Shown here one piece after another: positions 26,734 through 39,800 of a stretch of DNA of 64,000 bases. The DNA is from Rhizaria sp. SCN 62-66 (taxonomy: Eukaryota). The position numbers were made by a program, and so were the translations under genes. The notes beneath the pieces were generated by a model, which was not told the origin of the DNA, did no database searches, and was given only the letters and a program-made list of their open reading frames with translations. The stretch is from assembly GCA_001724265.1 (NCBI GenBank), contig MEDY01000079.1:1-64000 (forward strand), given 5' to 3'. Within the stretch, counting starts at the first letter, position 1. Each line of letters begins with the position of its first letter.

Positions 26734-27174
26734 TTACTCGTCCTCGGAGTCCTCGTCCTCAGCCTCGACCTGGACGAGGTTGGCGGCGCGCACGTTGCCG
26801 ATGGCGTCGCGCATCTCGTCGCTGTGCGCGAGCTTTAGCGGTGTCTCGCCCTCGCCGTTCTCGGCCGAGATGTCCGCGCCAGACTGCACGAGGAACTGCG
26901 CAATCTTGTGGTGATTGCGCGCCGAGGCCAGATGCAGCGCCGTGTCGCCATTGTCGGCCGCGGCGGAGACGTCGGCCTTCTCAAACACGAGCTGGCGCAC
27001 GACTTCGAGGTGGCCCGCGTTGGCAGCCCACAGCAGCGCCGTGTACCCCATGCTGCCGCGCTCGTTCACCAGCGCCGCGCCGCGCGCGCCGAGCACCTCG
27101 ACCGCGCCACCAAGGTTGCCGCGGCGCGCGAATTCGTGCAGCTGCTCCAACGGGGTGACACCAGGAGTAGACAT
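26734..27174 (-). CDS. Small ankyrin-repeat protein, 146 aa
   Basis: GYTALLWAANAGHLEVVRQLV, GDTALHLASARNHHKIAQFLVQSGAD and GETPLKLA are canonical ankyrin repeats, followed by an acidic tail. Stop TAA. Confidence 0.92.
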   Translation of the reverse strand: MSTPGVTPLEQLHEFARRGNLGGAVEVLGARGAALVNERGSMGYTALLWAANAGHLEVVRQLVFEKADVSAAADNGDTALHLASARNHHKIAQFLVQSGADISAENGEGETPLKLAHSDEMRDAIGNVRAANLVQVEAEDEDSEDE

Positions 27175-27856
27175 GAAGAGGGGTCGAAGTTCTGCAAGAA
27201 GAGCAAAGGAAAGACGAGGAGTGCGTCAGTGCTTAAAACAAACCCCGGCAGATTATACAGAAATATGTCACCATTAACAATTATTCGTTCACTTCACGAT
27301 GAAACGATCCCCAGTGGGACTGAGATACGAGGCCGCTCCGTTTCACTTTCTGTTCTCTCCACGCGCGCGGCCATCCGGTTCCTAAAAAACCGAGCGAGTG
27401 AGGCAATTTGACACGCGGAAGGCCAGAGAGGCCTTTGGGACGTGTCGAACGGGGCTATTGTGAGCTGGGGCGGTGTCCATTTCGTATAATTTTGTTTTGT
27501 GCAGAAGGCGAGTTGTGACGTCGTTTTGTGATTCAATTTTCACATTGCGTCTGCGGAGGTAACATGACAATATCCACGCTTTGCTGAGCCCTTGCTGAGG
27601 CGCTTGAAGCGCCACTTTCCCCTCCCCGTCGCGCGCGCTGCACCTGCCGCTTTTGGCGCATTGTTTTGGTTCAGGATCTTATTGTGTTGTTACTTGCTGC
27701 TCAGGGAATCTTTTGCACGTACTCCGCACGTTGGTGGATCTTCGTATGTGGTTGTATTCGAAGTGTTGTTTCCGACGCGCGCCGCTTCATCCTTTTGTCC
27801 TTGCCTCACCCTTCTTGATCGCTGTGCTCATACGTTCTCGCTCGCTCTCGTGTAGC

Positions 27857-30800
27857 ATGAGGGCTGCTTCTGCATTTCTCTTGCTTGCATTTGCCCTTGG
27901 GTTGTTGGGCTGTTTAACGCCCACGGCCCTCGCCACACACATCGCGTTCGGCACAATCTCGTGGACCAAGCTCACGGGATATTCGAACCGTGTGACGTTC
28001 AATATCGAGATGGCCTTGCGCCACTCGTTCGACTTCGGCGCCTACAACGCTGCCGGCGACCCCTATGTTGCCTGCATCAACATTCCCCCGATTTACTACA
28101 ACGGCAACTATGGCGTGTGCTACGCGGTCTACATCCCCGTCACCAACTACTATCCCGCCGACGACTGGTTCTCCGGAAAGCGTCTCATGACCATGGACCT
28201 GCCCACCACGACGTGGGGCCGGTCGTTCACGGCCACCATCTCCCGTTGCTGCCGTATCTCCACCGTGCTCGAGTACAACAACGACAAGTACATGTACCTC
28301 AGCTCCATCGTCAACACCAACGACCGCACTGCGTCGCCAATCTCGACCGGCATGCCGCGTGAGTACTTCCTGCTCGGTGCGCCCGTGTCCTTCAAGGTCC
28401 CTGCGTACTCGCCGCTGGGCAACACGATGACGTACGCGCTGTCCTCGGCCACCGAGTCCGCGCTCACGACGCCCATTCCCTGCGGTCAGAACCTCACCGA
28501 CTTCGACAAGGCCTGCGCGTCCAAGCGTCTCACCGTCAACTCGGCCACGGGTGTCTTCACCTGGACGCCCAACGTCGAGGGCCTGTACGCCGTGCAGGTA
28601 CGCATCAACGAAGGCACGATCGCGACGTACCTTGATTTCCTGATGGTCGTCCAGTCTGTGTGCCCCACGTGCAACAACCCGCCCGAGTTCGACCCCGTGC
28701 CGGCCGAGCGCGTCGTCGTCTACACCGGCATCACGTTGAACTTCGACATCTACGCCAAGGACATCGACACGGCCGACACGGTCACCATCCTCACCACGGT
28801 GCTGCCTGACGGCGCGACCTTTGTGCAGATCAAGGAAGGCAACCCGACGCAGTACCGCCTCTCGTGGACGCCCTCCATCGACCAGATCTCCACCAACATC
28901 TGCTTCAAGGCGCGCGACAACCACGGGCTGTACTCGCTGGGCAACCAGTGCGTGCTGTTTGACATCCAGCAGTCCGACTTCATCCTCGTCACTGGCATCG
29001 TCCGCGACTTCAAGGCGACGCACCAGGACTTCAACAAGTCCACCGCGATCTACACCAACTTCGTCGACACCACGCTCGGCTCGGACGAGAAGCCTGTTTT
29101 CATCGATGGCGCGAGCCACTCGTCTGGCGTCACTGCAGCATCGTTCGCCCAGTGGTACCACGACATCGAGGATGTGAACTTGGCGACGCTATACACGATC
29201 ACACTCGTGCAGGGCGCTAACACGCACTCGTCCAAGCGCGTTTTCTCGCTCTTTGACTCGATGTTCTACCCCATCAACGGCCGCCTCTGGGAGGAGGGCC
29301 AGACGGGCAACAACCGCTTCTTCACCTACGAGGTCCACACCTACATCGAGTACCTCGGCGGCGAGGCCTACACGTTCCGCTCCAACGACGATATGTGGGT
29401 TTTCATCGAGAACAAGCTCACGACCGCGTCGCTCATCGGCACCAACGCCACCAAGACCACCTCGGTCAACATGGACCAGCTCGCCACGACGCTCGACCTC
29501 CAGCGCGGCTCCAACTACAAGGTCGACCTATTCTACTCGCACCGCTCCATCAGCGACCCCGTGTTTGGCGTCGAGCTCTCCAACTCGTCCTCGTGCTCCG
29601 CCATCTCACTGCTCTCGGCTGACTCGGAGCTGCTCAAGCTTTCCACGCAGATCAACTTCACGAGCTTCACTGCTGCTGCGGCGAGCCAGCTGAGTTTCGT
29701 CGGCAAGTCCGTCTCGTCGCAGCTCGCTTCGGGCGCTCTGCGCGTTATCTCGCGCTCCTCGCCCTCCGAGTCCGGCGCTGTATGGTCCGCGACGACTGTC
29801 GACAACGTCGTCACTCCCATGCTGTACAAGGTTCTCAACGGCTTCATGACGACTTTCTCTTTCGCCGTCACCAAGAAGAACACCAGCGCTCTGGCGGAAG
29901 GCTTCGCGCTCGTGATCCAGGCCGACTCGCCCTCTGCGCGCGGCACGGAAGGCGCAAACCTCGGCTACTCCGGTCTGCGCAACTCGATCGCGATCGAGTT
30001 TGACATGAACCAGAACTCTGGCAAGTCCGACCCGGCGTACCAGCACATCTCGCTGCACACGGCCTACACTGGCGCCAACGATGCGCTCGAGTCGTCGACC
30101 TACTACCCCGCCGGCTCCACCGTCGCGGGCAACATCGCCAACCTGCCCTTCACCTTTGACAACGGTACGCAGCACGACGTGCGCGTCGAGTTCCTGCCTG
30201 CGCCCTCCGCGACCTGGGTCCGCGTCTACGTCAACAAGAACCTACGCCCGCTTTACGAGGCCCAGCTCGACACGACCAAGTTGCAGACCATGTTCGCCAA
30301 CGGCGCCTACGTTGGTTTCACAGCCGCCAACTCGGACGCCAATGTTGCCGACATAGACATCAAGTCCTGGACCACGGTCATCGTGCCCGCGCTGGCGTCC
30401 AAGTCCACGCTGCTGACCAACCCGTCGCTGGCGGTCGCCGGCCAATCGAGCTACGTCGACGTGCAGCTCCGCGATGCCTGCGATAACGCTGTCTCCGTCG
30501 CGGGCGAAGTCTCGCGCTTCACTGCCACGCTCAGCCACAGCTACGTGCTCGACTCGGCCAACGAGACGCTGCCGCTGCGCGTGGCCGTGGCCGTGTCCGA
30601 CCTCGGCTCGGGCCAGTACCGCTTCACGTACCGCCCCACGCGCGCCGGCAACTACGTCCTGCGCATTATGTACGCGACCAAGGACACGCCCGAGCTCATT
30701 GGCAGCGGCGCCGTCACCGTCTCGGTCGTGCCCGCCGCCACGGACGCCGCGCAGAGTTCCTATGACTACGGTGTTTTCGCTGTCACAGCCGACACAGGAA

Positions 30801-33800
30801 GCTCTTACTCCGACGGTCTGTTCTGCGGCGCGTTCGACACCGCCACCAAGCTGGCTGCCGTGTCCACCAACTCGTCGTACGGCTCGCTCTCGCGCTTCAC
30901 CGGCGCGTCGGCCACGTTCAAGTTGTGGTTCGACTCGTTCCCCGAGACCACGGCCTTTTCGTGCGCCGTCAAGACGTATATGTCGTCGACTTTCGCGGCC
31001 AGCGCGACATTGCGCAACGCCGTCTACGCTGCCTTCGGCTCGCCCACATCCGCCTCCGCGCCGTCCTTCTACGCCTCGCTCAAGACTGAGGAGAGCACCA
31101 ACAACGCCTTCGCCTTCATCGGCATGAAGACGAGCAAGACGGCCGGTACTGTGCTGGCGTCGACGAATCGCCGGTACGACCAGACGGACCGGCTGACGTA
31201 CACGATCAAGTCCGGCGAGACTGCCGTGGTGGTCATGGCCGCGCGTTCGGCCTCTGTCACTGGCGGCTCCTACTGCTACGTGCAGGCCTCGCCGTCGCAG
31301 TACCGCGCGGGTGTCAAGGCGTACTCGACCTACTACATCGTCGCGCGCGACGCCTACGCCAACCTCAAGACCAACCCCGACTCGGCGCAGTTCTCGTACC
31401 GCTTCAGCCCTACGCTGCCCGGCGACACGGAGGCGCCCACGTACGTGGCTTCAGGCCACTACTCGGCGCGCTTCCGCGCTAACGTCACGGGCGTGTACTC
31501 ACTCACCACGCAGCTTAACGCCGCCAACGTCGGCACCTCGCTCAACGTGTACGTCGTCGCCGGTGCAGCCTACTACTCCACCTCCGTGTCCTCTGGCGCC
31601 GAGGCCGGCGGCGTGGCGGGCGAGGTCGTCTCGTTCGTGCTTGAGCTCCGCGACTCGGACAACAACACCGTCATCACTTATGAGACGAGCGACATTGTCA
31701 ACGGCACTGCCGTGTTCGGGACTACCACGGTGCCGCTCACTTTCACGTGGAGCGACACGTCGCGCATGCACAACGTGACGTACACCACGACCGTGTCGGG
31801 CGTCTACGAGCTCTTCGTGATGATCAACGGCCAGCGCCATACAGGCACCAACGGTCTCCAGGTCACGATCCAGCCCGGCGCGTTCAGCGCTGCCAAGTCC
31901 GTCGTGTACGACACGGCCATCACGTCCGCGCCGCGCGACACGGCCTATGTCGAGCAGCAGTACCGCACGCTCATCCAGGGCCGTGACATGTACTGCAACC
32001 TGCTCACTTCCAACCCGTCGCCCGCATTCACCATCACCGGCTTCGCTACCACGGCGCCCACGGTCAACTACGAGGCCGATGGCCGGTTCTACTTCGACTG
32101 GACTGTTGACTGGGCGCTCACCGACCCCACCAAGACCTTCAGCGTCGCCGTGGGTTCCGACCACCTCCGCATCGGCAGCACCTCTGGCTGCGACGTCTCG
32201 GTCGCCACGGCGTACCCCGTCACGGGCAAGCCCGGCAGCATCGGTTCCCCGTCCACGCTGGCGGCGCCCACGGCGCAGCCGGCCTCGGACAGCTACGGCA
32301 TCGAGTACAGCGTGACCGTGCGCGACACTGCGGGCAACGCGCGCCCCGACACCACTGTCGAAGAGGCCACCGCGGCCTTCAGCGTGCAGATGACGGGCAC
32401 GATCAACAACGCATTCGTCACGGCCGCCACCAAGTGGGGCTCGTGCACGGCCGGCGTGTGCAAGCTGCTCGTCAAGGCCACCGTGTCCGGCACGTACAAG
32501 CTCTTCGTGCGCATTGCCTCGACGCAGGATCGCATCGACGGCGTAGCTGAGGCGGGCGCCGACGCGGTTGTCCAATACCTCGCCACGGATTCCTCCAAGT
32601 GCACCATCGGCGGCGACCTCAACGGTGGTGCTGCCAATGAGACGCTCTCCGTGACTGTGACGGACCGCGACAAGTTCAGCAACATTCGCTCTTCCGACAC
32701 CGAAACTGTCTTCCAGGTCAATATCCTCAAGAACGTCCCTGTCTCGGGCAATGCGGCTTCCTCCGGTAGCGGCGTCTACACGTATAGCTTCACCGGCCCC
32801 ACCTTAAGTGAGGTGACTGGCGCAGCGTACAACATCTCCTTCTTGTACAACGACGCCCAATTCGCGCAGTCTGAGGCTACTGTGCCCGAAGGCGTGGCGT
32901 CGTTTGCGCGTGTGACGAGTCCCGTGCCCGGGAACGATTTGATCATCTCTGGCACCTACACTGTCGGTGTGCCCATCACGCTCACGGTCAAGGACTACAC
33001 GGACGCCTCGGATACGTCCCCGTACAGCAATTCTCTCACGCTCGCCCTTGTCGGCACCTCTGGCTCTGCCTCGGTGCCTTTCACTGTCTCCGCGTCAAGC
33101 CCCATCACGACGAACGAGTTCACATTCGTCTTCACCGTCGTGCAGGCCGGCACGCTGTCCTTCATCATCAAGTGGGGCGCGCTCATCGCCAACATCAACG
33201 AGAACGGCGCTAAGCCCTACACGCTGACGGTGGGCCCGGGCGCCATGTACGGCCCCGCGTCGTCGCTCGAGTCGCTCTCCACGCCCGTCGTCGCCGCCGA
33301 CAACAACATCGTCTTCAAGGTTCTGCCGCGCGACATGTACAACCATGTCATCACGTCGGAGCCCGCGGAGTCGGTCACGGCGACCCTGACCATCGGCACC
33401 ACGCAGGTCGCCACTGGCTCCGGCATTTGGAGCTCCACCGACCAGCGCTTCGTCTTCACGCTCAACGCCACTGTCGCCGGTCAGGGCACCCTCAACGTCG
33501 TCGTCGTCAACGGGCTGGCCGTCGGCGGTGTCTCGTACTCCGTCACCGTGTCGCCCGCCGCCTTTAGCACCGCGCAATCGTTCCTGTCCGGCACGCGCAC
33601 TAGCTCTAAGTCGTTCCCCACGGTCGCGCAGGCCGGTTCGACGTACCCGTTCTACATCTTTGCCTACGACAAGTACAGCAACGCGCTGACGGCCAAGACG
33701 GACATCACCTCGCCGGTCTACCTCGGCGCTGACAAGACCAACCCGTTGAGCGCCTCTGCGACCTTCACGTTCGTGTCGAGCAACATCTTCGTCAACTCGG

Positions 33801-36800
33801 CGCTGTCGCTCGCGGACCCGACCAACGCGGAAGGCGTCACCGTGCACATCGACGCCATTGCCACTGGCGGCTCGGTCCGCGTGCGCTCCGGCCTGCCCGA
33901 CAAGACCAAGACGTCTGCGACTGGAACGTCGCCCGAGTTCGCCGACAAGACGATTTCCGTCGACGACGCGAGCGTGACCATCGTGGTCAACATCCGTGAC
34001 GCCAACGACAAGCCCTGGGTGGCGAACCCGGCCAACGTGGCCTCAGACCGCCTCTATGTCTCGGCCACGCTCAAGTTTACCGGTTCCACCAGTGCCACGG
34101 ACGTCATCATCCCCGTCACGTCGCTCGCCACCACTGCGCTGGGCCGCTACTCGCTTGCGATTGCCTCCAACCTCTACCGTAGCGCCGGCATCTACACCAT
34201 CACGCTCGCTGCTGAGAATGTTGCGCTGGGCTCCGTCTCGCTGACTGTGCACTCCGGTCTCACTGACCCCAAGCGCACGCTCGTCGAGGCTTTCTCCACG
34301 CCCTACAAGTCCAACAGCGACGCTTCGGTGCGCGTGTACCTGCGTGACCGCTACGACAACTACGTCAACGACACGAACGGCCAAGAGGTGCTCTCCGTTG
34401 GCTTCATCTCTGGCTCGCTCACCTGTGACTCGGAGAGCCACAGCGGCGAGGAGTCCGGCGTGTACACATTCGCGTCCTTCACGACGTCGACGGCATGGAC
34501 GCTGGACGCCAGCACGAAGATTTACTACTACAATCTCACGTACCGCGCGCTCTCCGCGGGCTACTTCACCATGCTTATGAACGTCACGATCAACCTCGCG
34601 ACGGACGGATCGACCGAGCTAATCTCGCTGCCCTGCTCGCTGCAGCAGTCGTACACGCTCGAGGCCGAGACCGGCGAGCCCGACCCTTCGTACACGTCGT
34701 ACGAGCTGCTGGGCACGACTTTCGCCACCGACGGCAGCATGATTGCTGGTAACTCGTACACTTTCCTCGTCCAGCTCAAGGACTCGCTTGGCCAGAACGT
34801 TACTTCGGGCTGGGACGGCAAGATCTACTTCGGCGACGCCACAGGCAAGGCCGTTGATTGGCTCAACGAGGACAACGACGCCCAGGGTAAGAAGAAGGCG
34901 ACGCAGACTAAGTACCTCGACTACGCCGACCAGGGCCTGCGCACTGGCCAGATCGAGGTCACGTTCCGCCCGCAGCGCGCGCACACTAACTACACTGTGT
35001 ACCTCGGCCTGGGCGCTGGCAGCGGCGCCTCGCGCCCGCGCATCACGCCCAACGGCCCGCAGCTCGCCACCGTGGTGCCCGGCGCGCCCGCGTCCGTGAT
35101 CCTCACCACGGTCAAGGACACCACCGCCGGCGTGCCCACCACGATCACGGCTCAGATCAGCGACGCGTACGACAATGCCATCTCGAACATCAACCCCGCG
35201 TCGGTGGCGTCGCTCACGGCAGTGCTGACGCGCGACAAATCCACCTCGGACTCACCCACGGTCCTGCTCGACTACCACCAGATCGTGCCCACCGTCTCGA
35301 CCACGTCGTCGGGCGGCATCAACCTCGACTACACGCCCGTCTGGGAGGGCATCTACACGCTCCGCGTCGTGCTGCGCACCACTTCGGGCCAGTACCTCGA
35401 CGAGAAGGTCGCCTCAGTCACCATCAGCCACGCCACCTGCGCCTTCGCCACGCCCAGCTCGCCCTACCGCTGCCCCAGCTCCGGCTCCTGCGTCGCGGCC
35501 GACGTCGACTGCGGTGCCACGTGCTCCGGTACTACCCCCGTGCAGTGTCCCAACGGCTCCTGCGCCGCGTCGTCCACGGCGTGCCCCTGCGCCTCTGGCG
35601 AGACCCGCTGCGCCGCCGGCAACTGCGTGCCCACGGCCCAGGCCGCGACGCTCTGCATGCCCGCTAGTCCCTGCCCGTCTGGCCAAGTGGCCTGCACGCT
35701 CAACGGTGAGAGCACCGGCGAGTGCCGCGCCTCGTCCGCCGACTGCCCTTCCGCGGGCGTCTGCTCGCGCGGCCTCGTCGCCTGCCCCAACGGCATGTCG
35801 TGCGCCACCACTCTGAGCGCGTGCCCCGCCGCGACGACGACGTGCGCGTCCGGTCTCTACACCTGCGCCGACGGCTCCTGCAAGGAGTTCGCCGACGACT
35901 GCTCCACACCTAAGACGTGCCCCGCCGGCAAGGTGCTGTGTCTGACTGACTACAGTTGCCAGACCGACGCGCTGCACTGTCCGTCACAGTACGAGTGCTA
36001 CGCGCCCACGTCCGTGCGCTGCTGGACCGGCGACTGCCGCGCTTCGGCCGCCGACTGCCCCAGCCGCATCACGTGCCCAGTCGGCTACACGCTGTGCGAG
36101 GACAACTCGTGCGCGGCCACGCTCTCGCAGTGCACCACCAAGGCCACGTGCGCGCTGTCTACGGTGACCTGCCCCGACGGCACGTGCGCCGAGAACATCC
36201 TGCTGTGCCCGTCGCAGATCTCGTGCCCCTCCGAGACCCCCGTGCTGTGCTCGGACCACTCGTGCAAGGCCACCCTCGCCCAGTGCGTCACGCCGCAGCG
36301 CTGCCCTACGGGCGCCACCACCTGCCCCGACGGCTCGTGCGCGCTCGGTACGCCCTGCCCCAGCCTCAAGACCTGCCCGGCCTCGCTTCCCGTGCTCTGC
36401 TCTGACCGCACGTGCGCCGCCTCGTCGGCCGACTGCGAGACCACGCCCGAGTGCCCCACGGCACTGCCCCTGTCGTGCCCCGACGGCTCGTGCCGCGCGT
36501 CCATCACTGACTGCCCGTCGCGCACCATCTGCCCCGCGACGGCGCCCGTGCGGTGCTCCGACGACACGTGCCAGCAGTCGCTCGCGCAGTGCGCCACACA
36601 GATCACCGACGGCAGCAACACGTGCCCGGCGACGTCCTTTACCTGCTCCACGGGCGAGTGCGCCGTCAGCCAGATCCTCTGCCCCACGCACGTCACCTGC
36701 CCGCTCGGCACCATCAAGTGCGCCGACGGCCGCTGCGCCGCGACCGCCGACTGCCCCAGCGTGAGCTCTGTGGAGAACTGCGCGTCCCGCAATCTGATCC

Positions 36801-39800
36801 AGTGCCCGCTCGCGGCCGCCGGTATCGCGTGCGCGCCGACGTTGGCCGACTGCCCCACGGGCGTGGCGTGTCCCGTCACGCAGCCCGTGCGTTGCCTCGA
36901 TGCCACGTGCGCGGCCTCGCTCTCGTTGTGCCCGCCGAACCCGACCGACACGGCCAACTCGAACCGCAAGCCCTGCCCTGACGGCTCATGGACGCTCGAC
37001 TCGTGCCCCACTGCCGTATCGTGCCCGGCCTCGGCGCCCTACAAGTGCTACGACCAGTCGTGCCGCCCGTCTTCCTCCGACTGCCCCGTCGCCAATGCTT
37101 GCGGCACGGCCGCGCCCTACCGCTGCTCCAGTGGTGCCTGCGCCGCTCGCCCTTGGGCGTGCACGGCGCCCGTGGACGGCACGTGCGACCCGCAGAGCAC
37201 GACGCCCATCAAGTGCCCGCTCGTCGACGGCACGGCCAAGTGCGCCGCTAAGATCGGCGACTGCACCAGCTCGTTCGACCCCGACCCGACTGGCGAGCGC
37301 CTCTACTGCTCCGCCGGCTTCACGCGCTGCCGCGACGGCTCTTGCTCCGAGACCGCGTCGGCGTGTAACGCCTACACTTGCCCGCGCTCGTACCCGTACA
37401 TCTGCCCCGATGGCACGTGCACGGCCACCGAGGCGCAGTGCCCGCTCGAGAACGGCTGCGACCCTTCGACGCCGGTCAAGTGCCCCGGTGTCGGTGTCTG
37501 CCGCTCGCGCCTCGCCGAGTGCCCCCTGTCGACGTGCTCTTCGCAAGGCCTGCTGTCGTGCCCCGACGGCTCGTGCTCTTCCTCGTGCCCGCGCCGCGCC
37601 TCAGGCTGCCGCAGCGGCCAGGTCCGTTGCTTCGACGGCACGTGCGTGAGCGCCTTTGCGCAGTGCACATCGCGCGAGAACCTCGCCAACTCGTGCCCCG
37701 GTAACAGCCCCATCCGCTGCTCCAACGGTCTCTGTGTCGCCTCCACGTCGGCCTGCCCCGCGCTCGACAACACGCGCTGCACCAACTCGTCTAAGCCCGT
37801 GCTCTGCGCCGATGGCCTGTGCCGCGCGTCTTCGGACCTGTGCAAGGTTATTGCCCCCTGCGCCGCCGAGGGCTACGTGCGCTGCGACGACGGCACGTGC
37901 ATGGACGCGTCGAACGACGCCAACGTGTGCTCGTCGCTCAACACGTGCCCCGACGGTATGGTGCGCTGCAAGCAAAGCTCGTTCCTCTCCGTCACCATCC
38001 TCGACGGCCTGTGCGCGCCTTCGCTCTCCGAATGCTTCTCCGCCAACGGCTGCCCCATGCGCGACTCGCAGGTTCAGACTCGCTGCTCTAACGGCCGCTG
38101 CGTGCTCGACTCTGCTCTCTGCGACGTTGGCCGCACGCTCGCCAACGGCTGCGATTCTGCCACGCCGACCAAGTGCTGGAACGGCGAGTGCGTTGCGGCG
38201 CAGAGCGAGTGCAGTGCCACCAACGGCTGCCCGTCGACCGAGCCATTCCGCTGCCCCAGCGGTCTGTGTGCGGTTTCCACTGCGGGCTGCGGATCCACGA
38301 CGTCGTGTTCCTCCGACAAGTTCCTCTGCGCCGACGGCGCGTGCGTCACCACGGCAGCCTCGTGCTCCACGCTTGTGGGCTGCAACATGACGACCCCCGT
38401 GCGCTGCGCTGACGGCTCGTGCCGCAAGTACCCGGCCACGCTGCGCGCCAAGTTCGCCAACTCGACGGCGCTGCTGGCGCAGATGTGCGCTCCCGTCGTC
38501 TCGTGTCCCAGCTCTGCTTACACGCGCTGCGAGAACGGTGACTGCGTCGCGGACCCCAACGACTGCGGTGCCACGCCCTACACCTGCGACGCCGCAACGC
38601 CTTACAAGTGCTCTTCGACGACCTGCGCGGCGACTTCTGCCGCGTGCGCGCTGGTGTCGTGCCCCGTGTCGTCGCCGATCCTGTGCGAGAACGGCGCGTG
38701 CGTCAAGGACATTACTAGCTGCCCCACGTCCACGGACCCCAAGCGTACCGTGATCACGGGCCCATCGTCGCGCCCCAAGTGCGACGGCAAGCCCGTCACC
38801 TGCTTCGACGGCTCCTGCCGCGCCACTTTCGCTGAGTGCATCACCTTGGCCGATGAGGCTAACTCCTGTGACGGTGTCCGCTGCTCCGACGGCTCATGCC
38901 TGCCCTCTACTGATGGCAAGCTCTGCCCCGTCATCGAAGCCTGCGCCACGGGCACCTACCGCTGCTACGACGGCTCCTGCAGTGACTCCCCCTGCCCCAC
39001 GGCTCCCTCTTGCGGCTTCGGCCTCGAGCGCTGCGTCGACGGCATCTGCCGCGAGTCTGGCACGTGCCCCGGCTACGACGGCTGCCCGCTTGACGCCGCC
39101 CTCGCGTACCGCTGCCCCAGCCGCGAGTGCGCGTCGGGCCCCGAGGGCTGCGCTGCCGCCGCCAATATCGACCCCGACGTGCGCGCGCGCGAGCGCCTCG
39201 TGACCGGCCGCGCGCTGGGCCGTCTGGCCATCGGCCTCGCCGCCAAGAGCCGCAGCCTGGTTGGCAACGACCTCCGTGCCGTCACCCGCTCTGTCATTCG
39301 CGGAATGGGCCTCCGCGACGTGCGCTTCTCTGCCGCCGATGAGGCCGCGCTGGCGCACGCGCTCGCTGTCAAGGACGTCGAGGGCGCGGCCGTCGTGTTC
39401 ACGAGCTTCTCCGCGTTGGCCGACAGTGGCTTCCACGCCACCGCGACTGGCAGCGACGATAGTGTTAAGTCGTGCACGGAGAACTGCTTCTCGTCGTACA
39501 AGGTCAACACGACGTCGTTTGTGTACGACCCGTCGGCGTCTGCGACGACGCACCTCATCAGTCCCGCTGCAGCCGGCTTCAGCGTGATCGTGTCGTCGGG
39601 CATCCAGGTCGACAATACTCAGGACCTCACCATGTCCTTCACCGGCGTCTCCGAGTCCGACATGGTTGACGGCACCAACAAGGTTACCTACTCGCGCGCC
39701 ACCAGCGCCGAGAACTTTGGCCGTGCGCTCACCTTTGCGCAGACTGTGCTGTCCCCGGCAGTGTCGTGCCGCGTCGGCAGCGGTATCCAGGAGCCCTTCG

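Noticed and set aside
35437-39160. CRISPR-like or transposon-derived DNA repeat array
   Set aside because: The repeats are conserved only at the amino-acid level inside one ORF. There are no identical direct repeats with spacers, no terminal repeats and no transposase.
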